64,000 bases of DNA, taken from NCBI RefSeq assembly GCF_026571515.1, contig NW_026854407.1:124001-188000 (forward strand), given 5' to 3'. Shown here in pieces: positions 56,306-64,000 of the stretch. Source of the stretch: Ruditapes philippinarum. Taxonomy: Eukaryota. The notes beneath the pieces are model-generated. The model saw only the letters and a list, made by a program, of their open reading frames with translations, had not been told where the DNA came from and ran no database searches. The stretch's first letter is position 1, and each line of letters begins with the position of its first letter. The translations under genes were made by a program, and so were the position numbers.

Positions 56306-56540
56306 GCTGCCTCCGTGGTCGAGGAGTTTTGAGTTTGATGAAATTTTTAATCCCGTTACCTCTAAAGGGGGGTTCCCCAAAACCCCCCGGGGGAAAGCTT
56401 TGGTAGTTTTTGCACGGAGGAAAGGGAGTTCTTGTACTGGTTTTAAAATCTTCAAGGGAAAGAATTTGGGTTTGGTTTAAAACCCGCCTATATGACTGAA
56501 ATACTGTTGGGAAAAGGCGTTAAATGAAACAAAAAAAAAC
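56306..56540 (+). mobile_element. tRNA-derived SINE (noisy sequence)
   Basis: Head gctgcctccgtggtcgag; tail tatgactgaaatactgttg..aaggcgttaaa followed by an A-rich run. Confidence 0.6.
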
Positions 56541-59500
56541 AATCTAAGTAAGATAGCAATTTACGAAGTTTTTAAAATCAAAGAGTTGTAAAATATATTT
56601 AAGAAAAACGTTTTTCCTTTCCGAAAGTAATAAAATCAAATCTGTAAACCAAACGAAAAAATAGTTTAAGTGCAAGTGTCTTTTGGATCCTAAAGATGAA
56701 TCGTTTTTAGTTTTTTAACATTTTGTTTTACTCAACTTTAAAATATGCAGATAAGATTTGAAATGAATGTTTACCAGCACACAAACAAATGTAAAGTAAT
56801 ACAACCATATTACATTTAAAAGCGCCTTATGCCTCAGAAATCAATATTATTTTTTATTCTTTAGAAAGGTCAAATATATGTTTAATAATATTTTAACAAT
56901 GGATTAACTGCATGTTACATGTAAAACAACTTAAGAATGCAGCATTGGTAGCGCAGTAATATGTCGTAAAGGTAGCAAAATATAAACAAAGTAGTATTTT
57001 GACTTCCATAGAAAGTACTGTATCACCTTATTTATATCCATTGCCAAAGCTCAGACGAAGCAAAAGATAGTTCATCTATATTGCCAATGAGTAACATTTT
57101 TGAACTTGTATTAAGTAATAAAAAAAAATGTTTTGAGAAATAAGAATTATAGCAATTCGAGGGCTTAATGGGCCTTTAAATAATAAACAATTGAATTTTC
57201 TTCTGAAACTAAATCTATATAACATAATGCACTGTTTAGACCACCCATTAATACATTATTCATCAACAAAGTACCTTCCAAAGAATGCAGGATTTATACC
57301 ATTTATCTTAATGTGCATAATCTAGAGTAAATGATATTTGAAAAATCAAAATTTTATTCGAATTTAATGCAGTAAGTTTTAAAGCAGGATGTTTCCATAA
57401 TTGCGAAAAAGAACAAAAGACAACTGATACCAAGTAGTATAAACAAATACAGTATGTAAAGCAAGCACAAGACACTTGTGAACTATGGCAAGAAACTAAA
57501 GGAGATAAAATCCAGACAAGCTATTGATAGACGATGTGAAGGTTGAAATGAATCCTGTCTAAGGCTATAGGTTTTAGATATTCTAAAAAGATAATATTAT
57601 ATTATTTTATCTGAAGTTTGATTTATAGAATATCAGCTCGCAAAACATCGAAACATTAAGTGGAGCTTACAGTCCATACTGCTTAAAATCTTGTCATCTA
57701 TGTTTGCTTCAGGTTCTTTTCCAGGCGAAATATAAAACCTCTAGGAGGTTGATTCTCAGTATTTGTCAAGAATTTCTTACATTTTTAGTTTGTATAAAAA
57801 TCACGGGTTGTTCTGAATATTTTGAAAACTGGGCATGAAAATATAACATGAATGAACATAAAATGAAAGCCTAAAAATATATCATCAAAATTCAACTGCT
57901 GCGTGAAAAGACTAAATAAAATATGTAAACAGAATTAAGACACTAATGTTTATTTTTCTTTTTGGTACAACTTTTAAAAAAGAATATATTAGTTAACCTA
58001 AGCTTGCTCCTAGAATATTGTCTTAGAATATGTCTTTGAACATAACAGATGACCTTTCTCATCAAACCGAATCTGCAATTTTAATGTAAATTTGTTGTGA
58101 TAAATGCTTCCGAGGGACCACCTTTTCTCCAAAATATTCATAGACATTTGGTATTTGACGTCATACGAAATCTTACTGTGAAACAAGGTAAAGAGATTAA
58201 AAATACATAAATGAAATAAGGACTGCTTTTATCTTTTATAAAAACTTTTCCTTGACATTTGAGGTAACATAATTTCGTTTTGTTCTTCTTATTCCATAAT
58301 ATTGATTCGGGAATTTCAATCTATATAAATGTTTGCTGGGATACACACTCAGTCTAGCTTGAATCACCGTTTTTGTAATAAAAGATTCCCTTAAATGTTT
58401 CTTTGATGATGTGTAACTTTTATTGGCAAACGAAAGCACTGTAACATGAAGTAGTCAAACATATTGCAGGTCACATTTCGATAATACTTCCATGAAAGTT
58501 CAATCATTATTCTATTTACACTCAAATATGGTAAAAATTCGTGGCATTTAAACAACTCCGTTTCCGGAAAATAATCAGTTACTTTCGAGGAAGACGTTCC
58601 GGTCTGTACAGCCAGAGTATATATCATTCTCTCTGTTCATTCTCTCTGTATGTTGTTTTGGTTACTAAAACACGTGTTTACTTCGCCAAATCATTATTAA
58701 TTTAGTTATACCCCTTTACATGCACATTCGCCCCTGTTTCAACAGGATACAGTTTGAAGGATTTTACTGACCGTATTGATATTAAGTATGTTAAAACGTC
58801 TTAATATTTGACATTTTTATGTCAATTTTCTATGAAACTATTTCATGCCGTAACAGTATGGCTTTCGGACTATTTTAAGAATTGATCAACTATGCGGGTA
58901 ATGTTGACACCTAGGAAAATATCTTGTCATGCAATTGTAAAGCAAATTTGAAATTCATCAGATAACTTTGAAATAGTGTTTTTTAATAATAGATTTTTAT
59001 TTATCAGTAAGGTCAATATGTTTTATTACATATATATTGCTTTGTGATTGTTTAACAAAACTGTTTTAATATTTTTCTTTCAAGTTAAGGCACACATATA
59101 TGTTTAGTACATTTGCAACAACTAGTTTGCTATATTTCTTTAAATAATATTTAAGCATATGGTTCAAAGCATATATTGCCCCGCCTCGGCGTTGGTCTTT
59201 CTGTTCATGGCTCGATGGTGTCTGTTCTCTTTTTTTGTTTTTAACTCGTGATGGTTTTGTGATCTTCTACTCTTTATTGTTTACAACCACTGTGGAAAAT
59301 ATTTCGCAAAATAAGGGTAAACTATAAAAGAAGCTCTTTTTCCCCGGGTGTCCTTGCATGAGTTTTGGAATGATGTTTTTCGTTAAAATCATTATCAACT
59401 GATTAACTTTTGAATCCATTTAAACATCACAAATGAATCACCGGCTTCATGCAGCTTATTAGAATAAATGAGTTTGTAATTGTTATAATTGCTTTTTTCT

Positions 59501-61244
59501 AGGAAACGATTCAGTGTTATATAAAATATGCTATGCAAGTTAAGGTCAAAACATATTAAAATTTATTGTGATTCTACGATCTAAAGGAATATTTCCATCT
59601 GTTTAATGCATTCGATCAATCTAAACTCCATATTAAATGTTAAGGTGAAAGTTAATGCTAGGGCGTTGCGATGTTTATGTGGTGTGTTAATGTACGAACA
59701 CTCCTGTTTATATTAAATGATAAAATTCTTACGTAAAAACACATCTTAATTGAAATTTTGATTATTTCTTCCATAAAACATTATAGTACGATGCCGCCTG
59801 TGACAATTTAATCGTTATTTATCAGAAACGAGCCCTTTGATTATTCTCTAAATCAGTCTATCCATATCATTCTGTTATGATAATTGTCTGCAATCCTTTA
59901 ATTTTGTCATTTTGATTTAAACAAAATACTACAAACTTAAGCACAAATATATTAACAATCTCGATCTTTTAATATCATATTATTTTATAAAGCATTTATG
60001 TTTTATTTAAAGGAGGGTTGATACTCTTATGAAATATTTTATTTCCATGTGTATACATCTTGTTTATACGATTTTCATATAAAAACATCAGCATCTTATG
60101 TAAGCACCAAAAGCTTCTAAATATGAACAGGGAATAAGATTCTTAAACTAGAAATAGACCGGTAAACGAAATTAAAACAGCAATGATCCGCTAAAAGTTC
60201 GAAATTTACTGTAAAGTAATGAACTATTAGGTTAAAGACATTAAAAACTGGGTAAATTTGTCTGTTAAGTGTCTTACCTTGAACGATAATAGAAAATATT
60301 TCTTTACATTCTTTAGTACATGATAAAGCGTAGACAGGTTGGTACATTTTTAAAGTATGTATGATTTATACAAGTACTTTACATTAATACCGTAGCTTAA
60401 AGAGATTTCACTGAGTTAATTTTGACTTAACATGACTGGAAATATTATTTCTGATATGTATATAACATTTAATGTAGGTCTATATCAATAACTTGTGTAC
60501 AACTATTCAGATTATTCCCTTATCCTATCTTTTATTTTCATTGTGCAAAATGACACAAAAATGAAAAGCGTTGCACCTCAAAATAGGCCAAGAATCATAT
60601 TGTTAATAGATTTTAAATTTAATACTGAGCATATTTCGTTATGGTTCTATGGAAATATTCCATTTCAAGTGTTTCTATTGCTCTATGTTATATTTCAAAT
60701 TTTATGTCTGTAGGCTTTTGGCCTCAATGGGACTCAGTCGAATTGCCTGACATGATTCAACTTTATTAATGACAAGTAAGAATACATTATTTGACACATA
60801 TAGATGAATGTCGAAAGAAACGAAGGAACTAATGAATCGAATTTACAGAATTTATATCATAACGTAATAAAGCGTAAAAAAAATCTGCCTTTCCTTTCTC
60901 AAAAAGATAATTTTGGATTACTTTATGATATGCTTTAAATAAAAATAATGCATATGTTTTATAAGATAAGAATCAGACTTAACTAGTTAGACTATTCACA
61001 TACCTGCTATATTGGATCATGTAACTGATTTACATTTGCAAGATTTATGTGTTACAATACAGACATTTCATTTCCGCATTTGAAGCCAGAAACTCGGTCT
61101 ATGCTAAACATAGATCAAACGAATTAAATAATTTACAATTGTTTATGTCTTTTATCACATAAATCTGAACATTGTCAAGGCAACAAAAGATATGTATGTG
61201 AATGTATTGCACATATGTGTTATTTGTACTGACACTCACGTTCA

Positions 61245-61345
61245 ACCGTCCATGAACAGGCTCAATCAAACCGAACCTGCAACATTTTTCAATTTTGTCG
61301 TGTTGGGCTTTCTTTAGGCATGTTAGGGATTCTGTATTTCTCTAT
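61245..61345 (-). repeat. Multi-hairpin element copy 12 (truncated within hairpin 2)
   Basis: accgtccatgaacaggctcaatcaaaccgaacctgcaacatttttcaattttg...gggattctgtatttctctat. Confidence 0.9.
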
Positions 61346-61633
61346 TTAATGATCACATCCGTGTTATTTGTGCCGTGTGGCGGCTGTAAAAAGTCTCCCC
61401 GTACATTTAATCAATCATGTTATATTTTTGATCCTTGAAGATCGTTCAGCACGACATAATTGTTGTGTATACATGTTATGTGGGATTTTTGTTTCTTCTA
61501 TTTGACTTTTTCAACTTGGATGGTTCCAGTATTCCTACTTGAATACTGTATAATCACCCTTAGAATATGTTGCCTGCTTTTTAAATTTGTCTTTTGATGT
61601 CATATCTGTGATATGCAGGCTTCATAACCTCAG

Positions 61634-61982
61634 ATCCCCTTTCAAAATTCCATTTTGTTAAGTTCCACCCATTGTTTTCTCGTTTAGGGCACACGCATTT
61701 TTTCACTTAGGGACCTTATGCCGCTTTTCATAGAATGGCACTAACGTGTCATATTGAAGGTTCCATGATGACCGCCATATGAACACATCTGCGGATGTTT
61801 CAAAATTCTAAATTTTACCAGTTCATGTTAAATGTTGAATTCTGCTTAAAACGGTACTAGGGGGCGTGGACGGTAACTTGCACTTTCCAGTACCGTCCAT
61901 GAACAGGCTCAATCAAACCGAGTCTGCAACATTTTCAATTTTGTTGTGTTGGGCTTTCTTTAGTGATTCTGTATTTCTCTAT
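61634..61982 (-). repeat. Multi-hairpin element copy 13 (full length, reference copy)
   Basis: atcccctttcaaaattcc...cgtggacggta(61865-61875)/taccgtccatg(61891-61901), caggctc(61904-61910)/gagtctg(61920-61926)...tctctat. Confidence 0.92.
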
Positions 61983-64000
61983 TTTAGCAATGTATTATTT
62001 GACAGGTGTGAACAATGTGTATATCTAAATGTAATCGTGATCGCTCATATTTTTTTATTACAAAACATAGTGAAAATCGAGATATTATACTATATAAACT
62101 AACTGGTGCTTTCAAGTCATAAACGCTAGGCATATTTCACATCTTAATATTTACTTATTTTTTGCACATATAGAAAATGTAATAGAATCAATCTGCATAA
62201 TTTTTAAAAACCTTTAGACAACCTAGGCTTTTTTTTGAAATGCAAAGTTGAAAATTAAGTCATATCTATCCAAAACTGATATGTGAGGAAAAGTTGAGCT
62301 ACGGAATGCAAAATAAAGACGATAAAAAACAACCAGTAAACAATTTGCATAATGTGAATGAATGAGACCTCTACCAAGTTTGTTCGAATAATGATCCCGT
62401 AATTAAGGTAGAACTGGAAAACAAAACACAAAATAACCATTATGCAGACAAACAAGTCTCGTAGTTTTAAAAAAAAGAAATGAACTATTAGGGAACCCCA
62501 TTGGCTAAAGGATCAAAATGTAAAATTTTTTCAATGCTACCCCCCTCAAATTGGGGGAAAATTTGATTTTTTGCCCCAGTTTTTTAAATTTTCACTTGCC
62601 CCATGTAAATTTCCAAAGGAAAAGGATTTAAAAAATTTAATCAAACCTATTATGATTTTAGTTATTGTCCTTTCATATAAAAATTGGGGGCTGATTTTTT
62701 ACCCTTTTTGTATATGTTTGTTTTTTATTTCCCAAAATTGGGACAAAAGTTCACAGGAACCTTCCCCGAATTTTTAATTTTTTCCCCCAAAAATTTGTCA
62801 TTTGGTTTTTAATTTTTCAAATTTTTTTAAGAATTTCTTTTTTTAAAAAATAAAACCCAACCTTATTTTTGAAAAAGACTTTTAAAAATGTTTGTTTTTT
62901 TTTAAACTTTTTCTAAAATATGTACCTTAAGATCAATTGGGAAAATTGAGTAAAAAATAAAGAAAAAACCCTTTGGCCCCCGCTAATAGTTATTGCTATA
63001 CAATAGTTTGGCATGTTCATAAAAGTATTCTGGCTTCTCTCTCAAAGAAAACGGAGCGGGCAAAATTGATGAAATACTTTAAACATAGGAAGCTACAAAA
63101 TTTGAACAGTTTATTAACTGTCATTTGTTAAAAATTTGTTCTTGATCATATTCTTATTATTCTGTTTTCATATTCCTGCGACTGTTTAAATTTAAAGATT
63201 CAAGTGTACTTAAAACGGATATTGGTTACAAAAAGATATAACTGAGAGGACTGGCTTCGACAAAGGAAAGAAAGAAATGTTAAATAAACAAATTTTCAAA
63301 AATGAAATGCTTGAAAATTCTATACATTCATTATGTTTGTTTCTGAATTCAGTAAGTTATCAGGTCAATACAGTGCACTTCATAGCAATATTTACTTTAA
63401 ATGTTCCATTCTGTTTTGTTATAATAAATGAATGACTATTTTGTCTCTAAATATAAGAGACAGGTAAAGCAACATACTGTGTCATATTTTCTTTAAGTTA
63501 TTGATGCAAGCAACAACATTATTGACCTAGTGGTTTCCGTACGCACAACCTACATTTATAATTGAAAACAATACATTACCATCAAACCAACTATTAGGTT
63601 GAAGTGTTAGCCATAAATACTAGAAAATAAAGTGAAAATTCTTTCCGTGCTCTATGTAAAGAACGATTCATTGCATTTTTATTTCTAGCCATACTTCTTT
63701 ACGTCTTTAATGTAAGACAAGGGTTTTAGATTTCGACAGAATTTTCAATATTCTGTGATATAATACATTTAGATCCATTAAAAGTAACTCTTTCTGTCCG
63801 TTTTGGTCATTATTTATTAAAAGACAATCGTTTTTGTAAGAAGAGTCACGAATAACAACTTTTTACTTTGTCTAAGTCAAACTAAAAATCAATATTCATT
63901 ATGAAAATCAGAAAACGCAATGGTTTGAAAATGACATTCTCTACTCTGCTTCAATTCATTGAAATTGTACTTGACTTATAATTTATTGCCACTTATTTTT

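Larger units (their letters stand above)
56560..64000 (+). repeat. Older paralog (copy C) of block 34200-42400
   Basis: Colinear anchors throughout; lacks ~35657-37604 and carries an extra 61245-61990 segment. Confidence 0.85.

Noticed and set aside
56054-56480. Longest ORF (133 aa) and its antisense ORF
   Set aside because: Overlap a noisy SINE copy; no domain recognised.
61733-61900. miRNA-like seeds (AATGGCACT like miR-183/263; TGGACGG like miR-184; TTGCACT like miR-92)
   Set aside because: Similarity is limited to 7-9 nt, mostly in loops, and the stems are too short or interrupted for canonical pre-miRNAs.

Overview
AT-rich eukaryotic, essentially non-coding DNA. The repeat families (tRNA-derived SINEs, Helentron-type HINE/pearl-like elements with internal tandem arrays, a long-TIR MITE) suggest a bivalve mollusc, probably a venerid clam; this is inference. 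No intact protein-coding gene can be supported and the supplied ORFs look spurious. Recognisable items: (1) the 3' end of a Penelope-like retroelement (decayed GIY-YIG C-terminus) with an intact minimal type-I hammerhead ribozyme at 339-375; (2) several SINEs, a palindromic MITE, HINEs and a foldback element built from a 21-bp palindromic unit; (3) a mosaic of old and young local segmental duplications, including a ~4 kb tandem duplication joined by two HINE 3' ends; (4) a possible decayed OTU-like protease reading frame at 54.6-55.0 kb. The most notable unexplained signal is an unclassified ~350-bp element with four hairpins and a CTCF-like motif. It occurs about 13 times on both strands, with one conserved end and variable truncation. 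A second, unusually conserved ~150-bp non-coding module recurs at least 6 times. Several stretches look like unpolished long-read sequence. All alignments were done by eye, so boundaries are approximate.
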